Source: Gracilinanus agilis
Taxonomy: Eukaryota
Length of the DNA: 64,000 nucleotides
NCBI RefSeq assembly: GCF_016433145.1
Contig: NC_058131.1
Coordinates: 386,818,770-386,882,769 of the forward strand
Reading direction: 5' to 3'
Numbering within the stretch: the stretch's first letter is position 1; every line of letters starts with the position of its first letter. The notes beneath the pieces are model-generated. The model was not told the origin of the DNA, did no database searches, and saw only the letters and a program-made list of their open reading frames with translations. The translations under genes and the position numbers were made by a program. Shown one piece after another: positions 9,761 to 22,329 of this stretch.

Positions 9761-11849
9761 AGAATGGAAGGGTGATACAACTGTAGAATGTTCCATTTTA
9801 AAATGGGGTCACTATTATTTTATTTAACTTAATTTTTTATTTTGCTACAAAAGACCTCTAATGGAGTGGGGATAATCTGAAAATGTAATGTAAAAAAAAA
9901 AAAACATATAAATGCAAGTTTTAAAAAAAATAAATCTTATCTAAACCTATTCATATATTACAGTATTCATTTTAAGGTAGGTCTATAATGGAATTCAAGG
10001 AATTTCATTATTAAAAGTACTAAAAATATCTTATTTGTAAAGCTGATTTGCATAGATACAAATGAAATATTCTAATAAATTTTCATTGTATCAACAAAGT
10101 CCCTAGCCTAGTAACATCCAAATTTACATTAGTGCTAAACCAAAATAAGACCAGGCAGATTTTTACTTCATAAATTCAAATTAGATTTATCAATAAAGAT
10201 TTGAAACACAATAAATGATTATGCTATGAAGTGTCACAGATGGATACTCAAGATTCATCTTCAAGAAAACATGGATTAACCCCAGTGGACTCTAATTAGC
10301 CCTTCTACCACACATATATATTCTCTCAATACTTAAAAATACAAGTTATCCAATATCTTATACTTGGAAGTTCTTCCAAAGTTCTTAAATCATTCCTTGG
10401 TCACAGCAAATGTGTTGCCTTCCCATTTAGAAATGCTTCTTAAAGATGTTAACATTTCTACTTCCTTTAACATAAGAGTATCACTTAAGGTGCCTAGTCC
10501 TAAGCAATACCTACCAAAGCATGTACTCAATAAACTTTGCTTGAATGAACAAATGAAGTGAAAGGAGAGTGGAGAGACAGTCAGCCTGACCGCTAAGAAC
10601 TGTAATAAATTAAATTGCCCAAATCAGAAAGTGGTTAGTTAACACTAACTAATAGAGGTTCAGATTCTAACAAGTGCTTGTGATGAAACAAGTAGTTATG
10701 CCATAGTGGAAAGAACACTGGATTTGGAGATGAGACCTGGATTAGAATTCTAGCACATGCTACATATATCAGCTGTATAACTTTGGGCAAATCAACAATC
10801 TCTCAGACTAAATTTCCCCAAATTGTAAAAATAAAATAGCAATAGCTGCTCTGATTTTACAGAACTGTTTGATAATTAAAGACAAAAATAGCTGAAGTTT
10901 ATATAGCTTACCATCATAATAATCCAACTTTTGTTTCAGGAGTTTCAGAATGTTAAAGTCAAAGCTACACCTTTACAAAAACTACCTCCACTGCCATATT
11001 TTTCTAGCGTAATTGAAACAATATATACAACCACTCCTAAGATCACAAAAAGTAAACTGTTTTTGGAGAAAACACACACACCCTCATAGGCCCTGAAGCA
11101 GTTCACTTAAGGATAAAGGCTACAAAGAGAGTCAAGCTAAAAATGCCTTTGATATGGCACTCAAATCTGTGAGGAAGCTTAAGAATGGAGGATTAGAAAG
11201 CATTTAGTCAGAATTCACACAGCAAGGCTCACACACATTAAGGGGTCAAACGACAAGGGCTCATTAAGGGATGGTTCAGTTCTCAGTTCCTTATTATTTT
11301 GTAACTATATTGGGGGGGGGGGAGACTGAGGTTTTCAATGTTACCTCTATGCATTTATTACATTTAGTTGTTTCCTGTGTGTTACTAAAGAAAATAATTT
11401 ACCATACCAATATCTAGGAAATGCTATATGAGTTTTAAACGGTTCCTTAAAATAGAAACATGAAGTTATTCAGGGACTCTACCCAAAGTCTATTACTAAA
11501 AACCGATTACATTCTTCAATGTAACTGATTACATTCTTCAATTCTTTAAAAAAAAAAAAAAAAGTACTTAAATACTTGAATTGAACTCTGATCAATGTGT
11601 GTATTTCTTCCCTCAGTGTAGAGGAGGGAAGGAAAATATTCACACCTATCAACCTACCTACAAGTCAGTATTGAAACAATGCAAACAACGATTCATAACT
11701 TTCTACTCCATCCACTGACATTATTAGACGTTATAAAATAGGGTCCAGCAATTACATTTTTTTTTTCAAAATAAGGAACCAAATTTGAGTGGAATGAATA
11801 AGTAAAGCCCAATCTGTTAAGAGACAGAAAAGGAGGCGGGAGACTGAAA

Positions 11850-12950
11850 GAGGCCAATTGTATCTTGCCCAACACAAACACACTCACACTCACTCACTGC
11901 CCGGGCAGCCCAAATTCTATTCTTCGAGAGCGCCTGTGGGCACCTAACCAGCTTCACAATTGGTGCTCCTCCAAGACAAGGCCTATGTTGGACCAATTTT
12001 GCTGTGCCACTGAGAGATTTTTGAGGGAGAAGGGGGCGGAACGGGCCTGACGTAAACAAGAAGGAAAAGGGGGAGGGCTGGAAGCGTGGAACCCATACTC
12101 CTCCTCTTCCCCCCTTCCTCCCTTCCTCCCAGCCTTCAACAAGCCCGGCCCCTAGGCTCTCCAGACAACAGTCCATTCTCTCCCAACTCTCCACCTCCTA
12201 CTTTACACTCCACCGGCGCCCGGATCTAACCACGCTCACCTAGGCCTGCTGGGCCCGCAGCGGGCGGGCGTAGGGGCGGGCAGGTAGGCGGACAGATTCC
12301 CCGGGGGGCGGCGGCGGCGGCGCCCCCTGGACCTGCTCCTTCCTCCCGCCCGCGGCCCCTGCCCCGGATCTGCTCCTTGCACCGAGCGCGACAGCGAGAA
12401 CGGGCTCTCGGCCCAGAGAGGACCGGGACCCTATGCACCACCCACAAACCCCTCCCCGACCGGGCTGCTCTAGCCAGCCCAGTCTTCCGACCTCGCCTGC
12501 TCCCAGCTCCCTTCCGCGTCACCCTGGACGCGAGCGCGCCTGATCAGTCATGCCAGCTCCGCCCCCTTGCGCGCCCCAGCGACCTCTCGCGGGGTCGCTG
12601 AGCCCGTGCTCTCCGAGGGAGGCGTGCGCAGGCGCAGGGCCACGAGGCCGGCGCGCTGAGAAAGGAGAGGGGGCGTGGGATGGGTGGGGTAGGCATTTGA
12701 ACGCGCAGGCGGAGGGAAACAGTCCTACGCCTCTTCCCATGAAGACGCGCAGGGGAGGCTGGAGATTTCGTCATAATCCTCTCCACACCCCAGAGAAGCT
12801 CTTCTCTCACGGCGCAGGCGCCAAGCTCAGGAACAGAGAGGGGCGTGGCTCTGAGCCAACTAAGCTGGGGTGGGGCGTGGCCTCGAACCTCAGGCGGGCG
12901 GACTGGGGTTCCCAGTTACCCTTTTCCCGGTCTACCCTTACTGGTCTCGA
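11850..12950 (-). promoter_or_regulatory. CNOT8: CpG island / CNOT8 promoter with several candidate non-coding first exons
   Basis: The only strongly GC- and CpG-rich block in a CpG-depleted window. GC boxes at 12033, 12273, 12669, 12841, 12872; NRF1-like TGCGCAGGCGCA 12625-12636; CRE-like TGACGTAA 12048-12055; CCAAT at 11854, 11959, 11993. Minus-strand donors CTAG|gtgagc (12240), CAGG|gtgacg (12523), GCA|gtgagt (11898). The TSS itself cannot be read from sequence. Confidence 0.8.
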
Positions 12951-13203
12951 GTGACCGTTGTTGCCGTTGGAAAGCTAAGGAATGGACACCTTTTCCAATA
13001 ACGCTCCAGTTTCGCTGGAAGACAGACTCCTGGACTCGGCTCCATACCCACCTGCCCCCTCCTCCCAGAACAACCCCAAAAAAGCAAAAAATGAATAACA
13101 GAAAACCCATTACCCTCCGACTCCCAGCTAAACCTTCTAGAGCTAGAGGCCTGGGCCAGCCTTAGGGAACACCTCTCCCACCCCGCCCAGACTCAGAAGC
13201 AGT

Positions 13204-13217
13204 GTTACCTTGGCAAC
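13204..13217. promoter_or_regulatory. RFX X-box motif GTTACCTTGGCAAC
   Basis: Exact match to GTNRCC(N0-3)RGYAAC, ~300 bp outside the CpG island. Function is inferred only. Confidence 0.45.
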
Positions 13218-16140
13218 GGACCTGGGAACATTCCCCCACCACCACCCTTTTCCGCTTTTGGATCGAAGAAAATTATAGGCACAGACAACTGGAGAGAAGG
13301 CCTTTTGATGAGAGCCCTCAAACCACCACGGTTGGGCCAGACCTGAGGTCCTTTCATCCAACTCATCCGCCTCGGCCAAGGCAAAGCACAAAAGCAACCT
13401 CCCTTAACCCGGGGGGATTCAGGCTCCACGTGAAGACTTGGGGAGCTGGGACAATTCACTCCCCTTCTGAGGCAGCCTCTTCAGTCTGATGGAGAGTGCT
13501 AGATTTGGGGAGGTTTGTCCGATTGAGCCAGTATTTGCTTCTGTGTGGCTTCCGTCCCTTGGATCTAATTCTACCCCCACCTTCAGCGGGTCAAGTTAAA
13601 TAAATTTTATCTCCCTTGCCCTCTGATAGCCCCCCAGAGATCTTAAGACCTTAACCATGTCCCCCTTAACTCCTCTCTTAGTAAAACATCCTCGGTTCTT
13701 TTAGTTAACACTAGGAGGGCATGATTTTAAGGCCCAGGACCATTCACCTGGATGTCCTCTAGATTAATTGCAGCTTGTCAATTTACTATGGACCCCCAGG
13801 TTGAACACAAAGCCCCTAAGAAATAGAGCAATAAGTCTAGGCACTAGACTAACAAACCCTTAAACCTTTTGCAGTCCTTAGCTAGTGTTTTCCAATTTCA
13901 GTTTGGAGAACAGACACTAAGATTGGCAATGCTTAATGAGATCAGGTCACTTGAAAACTGGGCAAAGTATTAAAAAACAGAACCATCCAAAAAAGCCACC
14001 TCCTACCAGTGTGGAAATCTGGGATCAGTCCAGTTCTCATCTATTTGTGACCATCCTCTCTGTGACACTCTGAACCTGCAGTTAGTCAAAGGGCCAAAAG
14101 TGCTCTTCCTTACTGGTTTTGATCTCTTGAACATGTTTTCTACAGAAATTCCAGTACGGACCACCTTGCAAAGTCCTAGAATATCTCCATGCTTCCTAAA
14201 CAGATCCCAAACAGCAGTACCTGCAGCAGATCCCCAACAACCTCCACAATGGTTGGACCTGGATCAGTATTTTGTACTTCCTCAATTCCTTCAATCTTAC
14301 ATCAGTTCCTCATACCGAAATTGATCATCCAACTCAGACCTTAAGGTCAGTCCTGACTTCAAAAATTGTGCTCCCATAAACCATTGAAATAGGCTGAAAA
14401 ATCTCAATATTACAGAATTAATAACTTAATAGAGTAAACATAATAAAAATGTCAGTTGCAAAATAGGTCAAATCACAGGAAATGAATCTACATATATGCG
14501 TGGTCTGTTTTGCACATATGTAAATATACAAATGTGTGCATAATATGTGCATGTAGTGGAAGATGGACTGCAAATGTTAGCATTTCTCATCTTAAAGCCC
14601 AAGAACATACTATACTGCCTTATGGGTACTAACATAAAAGCTCATACAATGAGTTGTTAATTTAAGTTATAGAAACACCAACCAGAGAAACATTCCCTTT
14701 CCCCAGTCAGTTCTATGGCTGTTTGGTATTCTTTCAATCACTTCTAATAAGATACCAAAAACAAATTAGTCTGTGCCAGCCAAGGGCTATTAACAAGAAG
14801 GAAGAGACCCTTTCTTAAGGTTTTTATTTTGTTTTGGCCTGCTGGCTACAGCTATCTCAGTGTTAATAGCCTTATTTGGGAGATAGTCAAACAGGAAATT
14901 CACCATTCCCCTCTTTCCACCCCCTCACTCAGAACTACTTGTACATTTCTAGATGCATTAAAAACAAACACACAGATATCTTGTTCTTTGGTAGGTGTGG
15001 GAGTGTCTTGGTTTTTTGTTTTTGTTTTTTCCAGTTTTAGGTAGTAGATTTTGCAGTCATTTTAATGCACACATAAAAGCAGCTATTTAGATCAGAAGTA
15101 CTTAACCTTTTTTGGGTCACAGACCCCTTATAGTCTAATGCATAAAATACATAAAATTACAAAGGAAACAAATATACCTAAATACAGTTATCAAAGTATT
15201 TTTAAAAGCAATTTAATAAGCCTTAGGTTTAGAACACTAGGTTTAGGTATATTCTTGGGATAAGGGAAAATTGTAAATATTATTCCACAATGGATATTAA
15301 TAATAGCTCAGTTTCTATAACACTTTACAGTTTACCAAGTGCTTTCCTCATAGCAATTCTTTAGCATAGAATTAGTATATTATTCTTATTTTACAAGTGA
15401 GAAAAGTGATTCTGAGAAAGGTAAATGACTTGCCAACAAATAAGTTTCAGATCTGGGACTCAAATCCAAGTCTTTTGACCTCCCCCCCAACTAGGTACAG
15501 AACATAGCAAGCAAAAAGAACCCAGAAATGGAAAATAAAAGCCTTAGCTCAAGCTATGTCTACAAGTCCCTTTCCTAAGGTAAATTTGCCAGGAAAGGGT
15601 CACTTTATAATATTATTATGTATTATGAAATATGATAGCAAATCCACCTTTCCAGGATGAGAGGCCCCCAAAGATTCTCTGGTTTTCTCCATTATTGATC
15701 ATAAAAGGTATTAACAACTTGAATGTGCTATATAAGTTTAATTCTTGTTCAAGCTAGTATTTCTTTTTGAAAAAGCAGATGTAAAGAAGTATTAGAAAAA
15801 AAGCACTTTGGTTTTGAAATCAGGACATCTAGTTTTGCCTTTGACCTTGACCATGTAGCTTAGCCTCTCAGAAACTCAGTTTCCTCATCTATAAAATGGG
15901 CATAATTGAATTCCATTTCAAAAAATATAATTTCTTAAATGTCTGTATATTCAAGACTATAATAGGCACTGGACATATAAAGCCAACAAAATTGTCTTTG
16001 CCCTAAAGGAACTTACATCTAGCCCACTGGGGAAGATATACAACATATAGACAAAACCACTATAGTACAATGCAAATTGAGGAAGGAGAGAGATTGTGAG
16101 AGTTAAAGATGAGGTGGGAGTCCAGTAAAAACAATGGTGA

Positions 16141-16330
16141 GGGAGCAGCTAGGTGGCTCAGTGGATTGAAAGCTAGGCCTAGAGATGGGAGGTACTAGGT
16201 TCAAATCTGACCTCAGACACTCCCAGCTGTGTGACCCTGGACAAGTCACTTGACCCCCAATGCCTAGCCCTTACCATTCTTCTGTCTTAGAATTGCTACT
16301 AGGACAGAAGGTAAGGGATTTTTTTAAGAC
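16141..16330 (+). mobile_element. Marsupial SINE with imperfect 13-bp TSD (taaaaac[a/c]atggt, 16126-16138 / 16345-16357)
   Basis: Full tRNA head, CORE and tail. Confidence 0.85.
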
Positions 16331-16814
16331 CTTTTTTATCTGTATAAAAACCATGGTTTGAGCCTATTTTGTTCTTGATTTGGGAAATGTACTGCCCTTA
16401 TGTTCCCTGAAGTGAGGACTCTCCTAGTACATGTGTTGGACTAGTTTTATTCCCAAAACTAGGGTTGGCATGCTAGATGTGGAAGAGATGAAGAAGGATT
16501 TTCCTTCTCTTTATGCCTGAAACAGAGACATTTCTCATCCCAAAGCCTAATGATCTCTCTGTTGTATAAGGCTTTCTTATGCCCTTGCCTCACTCTCAGT
16601 TTACTAGCCTTTGGATATACTCTTAAACTTCAAGCCATTCCTTGTATGAGTTAAAGAACACCAAATAAAACCGTCTTGCTATCAACAAAACTCTTTTGTG
16701 AAATAACCCTAAAAGAATAATGGACAGGACAGAGATCAAGGAAAACTTTCTGAAGGAAGTAGCATAAAGAGAGCTTAGAGAATGGATAAAATTCTGTACG
16801 AAAAGATGGGGATG

Positions 16815-17458
16815 CGTTGATCCTGTAATACCACTGCTGGGTTTTTACCCCAAAGAGAGAATAAGGAAAAATACTTGTACGAAAATATTTACAGTCTATG
16901 CTCTTGTGGTGGCAAAAAAACTGGAAAATGAGAATGTCCATCAATTGAAGAATGGCCGAACAAATTGTGGTATCTGATGATGATGGAATACTATTGTGCA
17001 GAAAGGAATGATGAACAGGAAGAACTCCATGTGAACTGGAATGAACTCCAGGAATTGATGCAGAGGAGAACATTGTACACAGAGACTGATACACTGTGGT
17101 ACAATCAAATGTAGGGGACTTTTCTACTAGCAGCAATGCAATGACCCAGGACAATTCTGAGGGACTTATGAGAAAGAACACTATCCACATCCAGAGAAAG
17201 AACTGTGGAAGCAGAAATGCAGAAGAAAAACATATGATCAATAGATCACATGGTTCAATGGGGATATGATTGGGGATTTTTATTTTAATGATCACTCTAT
17301 TGCAAATATTAACATGGAAAAAGTTTTTAACAATGATACATGTATAACCCAGTGGAATTGCTTCTCAGCTCCAGGAGGGGGGAGGGAAAAGAGGAGGAGG
17401 GAAAGAACATGAATCATGTAAACATGGAAAAATATTCTTAATTAATTTTGAAAAAAAA
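16815..17458 (+). mobile_element. 5'-truncated L1 with perfect 15-bp TSD GAAAAGATGGGGATG (16800-16814 / 17459-17473)
   Basis: ORF2 C-terminal and 3'UTR sequence, A-tail and TSD read directly. Confidence 0.9.
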
Positions 17459-17499
17459 GAAAAGATGGGGATGGTGTAGACCCCAGATATAGCAAACAA

Positions 17500-18470
17500 T
17501 GTGAGTAAAGAATTGAGTTAGGAGACTGCAGGAAGAAATAGAAGTCAAGTTTGGATAAGGAATTGAATACAAAAAGGACTTCCTTATAAAATAAGTCTAG
17601 AATCATAGTTTGGGAGAGAGATTATGTCAAGCCTCAAATGCCAAGGTAAAGGAATTTAAACTTTACTGGGGGGGGGGGGGGAATAGGAAACCACTTGTAA
17701 ATTTTTCGAGCATGAGATTACATGACCAAATCTATTAATTAGTAAAATTAGCCTGACAAAAGGGGAGAACATGGAAGCAGGAAGGCTTGTCAGGATGTTA
17801 TTGAAACCATTTGCAATTAAGACCCCTACTAGTGAGTGGTTGTGGTTAATTGGGGGAGGAATTTTACAGAAATAGAATTTACAGGACTTAGTAACCAGAT
17901 AAAGTCGAGAAAGAAGGAGTGGATGATAACAATGTTTCAAAGTTGGCAGATTGAGTTCACGTAGAACCATGGGGCAGACCTAATAAGAAAAAGGAAGTGA
18001 TTTGAGGGGATTTAGTAAACTCAGCTTTTGGTATGATGAGTTTGAATTGTTGTAGGACAGAGATATCCTATTAGCTTGAGATGTAGTTCAGGGGTCATGA
18101 GAAGGGTTCCTTGCATATTAGAAATAAAAATGCTAACAATTAAATTCTGTATAGAGGTGATAGATTAGATGAAGCTGTAGAAGTAAATGAGTTGATGACA
18201 CTGGAGGAAATATAATGAGAAAAGAGAACCAAGAACAGAACTGTAGGGAACACATATTCTAAGTGGTCAGGAAAACAAAGGGTCAATGAAGCTGTTAGGG
18301 GAACATGGAGCAGGAGGGAGAACCAAGAGAGTGGCTTTAAAGGCAAAAGACCTCATCTCTAGGAAGGAAAGAAGTGTGTTAAAAATGGCAAATACCTAAA
18401 AAATTATTCAGAAAAATAAGGACTATAAAGATCATTAGATGTGGTAAATAGGAGGGTTAACCTTTGAGGG
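17500..18470 (-). mobile_element. Degenerate L2
   Basis: L2 antisense purine-rich pattern; boundaries approximate. Confidence 0.5.
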
Positions 18471-18554
18471 AGCAAATAAAATCAAATTTTTATTGAGCAT
18501 TTACTAGGTTAAGTCAGGTTAACAAACGTGTGTTTAAGCACTTACCATGTGTCA

Positions 18555-18995
18555 GGCAGCTCAGCTAGGTAGCATAGTATATGGGCATTAGGTCTAGAAT
18601 CAGAAAGACCGGTACTTCAAATATGACCTCAGATACTTTCTCTTTAACCCTGGGCAAGTCACTTAACTCCTTGTCTACATAAAACTGGAGGAGGAAATAG
18701 CAAAGTACGCTAGTATCTTTGCCAAGAAAATCTCGTAGACAATTGGTCAAGAGATCGTGAAGAGTTGGACACAACTGAATAACAACAAATATGACAGGCC
18801 CTGTGTTGTTGTTTTGTCTAACTTTTCATGTTTGCAGTATCCTTGGCAAAGAGAGTGGAATGGTTTCCTTTTTCTTCTCTAACTCATTTTGCAGTTGAGG
18901 AAACGGAGCTAAATTGACTTGCCTAGAGGGATATAGCTAGTATCTGAGACCAGATTTGAACTCGGGAAGATTAGTCTTCCTGACTCTAGCCCTAC
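18555..18995. mobile_element. Two Mar1-like (CORE + RTE-tail) SINEs tail to tail (+ ~18555-18790; - ~18805-18995)
   Basis: RTE/BovB-type tail ctttgccaagaaaa...gagttggacacaactgaataacaacaa and its reverse counterpart. Confidence 0.65.
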
Positions 18996-19449
18996 TATGC
19001 TAAACTCCAGGAATACAAGTAGAAAGAATACAAGGGGTTGTGGAAGGACTGAAAGGCTGTAGTAGAAACATGTGACATAGAAAACTCCTTCAAGTAGTTA
19101 ATAGTAATTATATGTCATATAAAGTATACATAAATACATATATAGAATAATTAACTTCGAGGGAAATAGAACAACATTTTCTAATTCCTAACACCTAAAG
19201 TAATTAACAATTAAGTGCTAAACCAGATTATATTGACTAGATGATAGTGGCTCTTTACCACTAAAGTTCAGAGAATAGGGAGATTGATCTGAGGTAAAGA
19301 GTAAAGGCTTTAAGAAGCTGAGACTTAGATTAGGCCTTGAAGGATGAGAAGGGGGTGAGAGGGTATTTCAGTTGAAGGGAAAAGCCTGAAGATAAATGTG
19401 GGAAGATTCAGAGGGAACTGAATGCAGGGCCCTGAACCTGTATTGTTAT

Positions 19450-19810
19450 TGTTCTTCATCCCTCATCCTGGAAGAGGACCAAGGACATCATGGTATGGGC
19501 GATATCTTGATTTGCCCAAGAATTAGATTTGAGTGAGATAAAATTGCAGGAAGTGTTAATCTCACTCTCTCTTCCAGAATCGTTGAAGTTCAGGGGCAAG
19601 GCAAAAGACAAGATGACTGGTGATGGCCCAGGGGATGGAGTGAATGACCTCAGCATCTTTAGTGTCTGATCAAGCTCTAAGCTATCCATAGCATCTGCTT
19701 TAGCCACCTTTATGGCTGTTGAATGAATTATTCTCAGCCACCAAGGCAAGTAGACATTAAGTAGACATTCCCTTAACTTACCGACAGGTTTGAGGCCCAT
19801 CCGTTAACCC
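19450..19810. mobile_element. RTE-related marsupial interspersed repeat (family not determined)
   Basis: gttgttcttcatcc...gaagaggaccaaggacatca...gatgactggtgatggccc pattern recalled from marsupial RTE-derived SINEs. Confidence 0.4.
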
Positions 19811-20073
19811 TCAACCTGGTTCTTATACAGTTGGTAGGTCAAAAAGCATTTATTCATTGATTACTATTGTTCCAGATTGAATGATAAGCTGGTAATAGAA
19901 ATAGACAGTTCCTGCCCTCAAGGAGCTTACATTCTAATATGGAAAGGTAACACATAAAAAAGAAAGGAATGAGATAGAGAGAGGGAACAAAGGTACTCTA
20001 CTGCCAGGGTATGATAGAGAAAGTTCAAAGTGTAGCCTGAAAAAGAATGAGATATAGATAGCTTAGGCATCCC

Positions 20074-20277
20074 TTTTTTTTTTTTTAAACTCTTACCTTC
20101 TGTCTTGGAATCAATACTGTGTATTGGCTCCAAGGCAGAAGAGTGGTAAGGGTAGGCAATGGGGGTCAAGTGACTTGCCCAGGGTCACACAGCTGGGAAG
20201 TGTTTGAGGCCAGATTTGAACCTAGGACCTCCCATCTCTAGTCTGACTCTCAGTCCACTGAGCTACCCAGCTGCCCC
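20074..20277 (-). mobile_element. SINE1_Mdo-type SINE, long-tail variant, TSD cttaggcatcc (20062-20072 / 20277-20287)
   Basis: Full-length element and TSD read directly. Confidence 0.92.
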
Positions 20278-22329
20278 TTAGGCATCCTTTTTAATGAAGT
20301 CAATGTTAGAGGTTGAAGAAATAGAAGGTACTTCCTATGAGAATTTCAGAGCTAGGCTTCATAATGAAGAACTGGGGACATGGTAGAAAAGGTTTCTCTG
20401 TACAGTTTGGAGAATTACATTTGTTGAGTGGAGGAAGTGGTGGGGAATTAACACATGCAGCCAGAGTTTAAAGGATCTTGAAAGTCAGGCAGAGAAATCT
20501 AGATTCAACATATTAGATAATGTCAAGATTGGTGGTGATGGCTGAAGATCAAAGTCTCCCTCATAACTTCAGTAGATTTTTTTTTAGAGTTTCTATGGCT
20601 AAAAAGTTCCTCATCCTTCAGTTAACCAGATGATAAGCATAATACACAACTAGGCATGAAATCTAGCACCAGACCCTATTCTCTTAACCTTTTCATTTGG
20701 TGAGAACTGTCAGAGCTTATACTTTGTCAGCCCAGCCTTGAGAATCTAGGATCATTCCACATGGTGAGAAGGTGAAACACAAGGCCCACCTTTTTTTACA
20801 ATAGTATTTTTAATCTCCAAAAAATTAAGGTTGAGTTCAACCAAAGGGCAATGGGGAAAATTCAAGGTGAATATGAATTAGGTATATAACATATTATTAA
20901 CCAAAAATATAAATATCACCAATTATGTCACAAGTATTATTCAGGATCTTAAAAAAAAAAATGTGGGCCATCGATGTATCAGGAGCAGAGCAAGGGATGT
21001 CCCTGGCATATGAAATGGTCTTCCTATGGAGGATTTATGCAACTCGTAGACAAAAGTCACAAACATAAGCTATAGGTGGGCCATAATCAGGATCAATGGA
21101 TAGAATACGTATATTAATAAGATCACTAATCCATTTTATTTAATAAGGTGGTTATAGGAATGAAAAATAGATGAATCTGGCACATTTCAGAGGATATCTC
21201 TAGTACACAGAGGAAGATGGAGAAAGGGTCAAAGATAACGTCATATTTTCTAGACTGAGAAACATGAAGAGGTAAAAGGAATAATATGGAAAGGGAACTA
21301 GTTTGATGTTTATAATATTTAAAAATTATATACATGTATATGTGTATACATATCTATATATATTTATTTGCACAAATATGTGGAAATTAATTTCTGGGAG
21401 AGTAGAGTAATGATTTGTGTTTCTTATCCACCCAGCCTCAAAAAATAGCTCCCATTTCTATGGGAGTTTACCAAATGATTTCCATGTAAGGAAATGAGCT
21501 AAGGCCTACCCTGAGTTGAATTCTTCTCTGTGTATTGTTTCTACACCCCACCCACATCTACCTGAATTATAATGTGCACTCAAAACAGTGCTTGGCACAT
21601 AGTGCCTAATACTTTGCCATTCAATACATACTTTGTCATATGTCATTTGTCATGATTGCTCTAGGAACTTCCTCCATCGTGATTGCCTAGCAGCTATTCT
21701 GCCTCTCTTCACTTTTGCTCGAATAACTCACATTCCATTGCTTTTCAATTAGAACACCAAGTAGTTTAAAAATCATAAAGAGTATCTTTTCATCTGTTAC
21801 ATCCAGCCTGGGCTGCCTGTTCCTCTGCCTTTAACATGGGTGGGCATGAAATATCAGTGTGGCAGAAAGAACATTGGTGTTTAGAAGTTGGAAGGCCTGA
21901 TTCAAGAGAACAAAAGTTCAGGCTCTGCCACTTCTTAGCTCTGTGATGTTGTGCCAGCTAGACACTACCTCCTTTTGAGCTCAGTTTTCTTATTTGTAAA
22001 ATGAGGGGAGTGATACTGTACTTCCTCCTTCTCCCAGGACTATTTTGGGGAAAATACTTTAAAAACTCATCAGTTAATCTCCCCAGAATTAATGGCTGCA
22101 GTTGCTATGTTACTTAAGTACCCTTTCAAGGAGGGAACAAAACTCAACTCGGTCCCAAAGTTTCTAAGCTCCCATCAGAATGGCCTACTTTCTTCTGGGC
22201 TGAGAAAATCAAACCCCACCTCCTTCTCCCCACCCTCCACCCCCAGTCCCTCTGCCCTACTAGAAGAAGGGAATTTTTGTCTGCAGTCATGAGTGAGTGA
22301 CCCAACTCATTTTGCATCACGTGCCTGAG

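Noticed and set aside
12226-13489. Many overlapping Arg/Gly/Pro-rich ORFs
   Set aside because: Expected from stop-codon scarcity in a CpG island; mostly non-ATG starts and no recognisable domain.
16651-17295. Longest ORF in the track (214 aa, minus)
   Set aside because: It is the antisense reading of the TSD-flanked L1 3' fragment; similar peptides recur at 38201-38443 and 2964-3287.
18555-18995. Inverted Mar1-like SINE pair as a dsRNA hairpin
   Set aside because: The copies are strongly diverged and lie outside any supported transcript.
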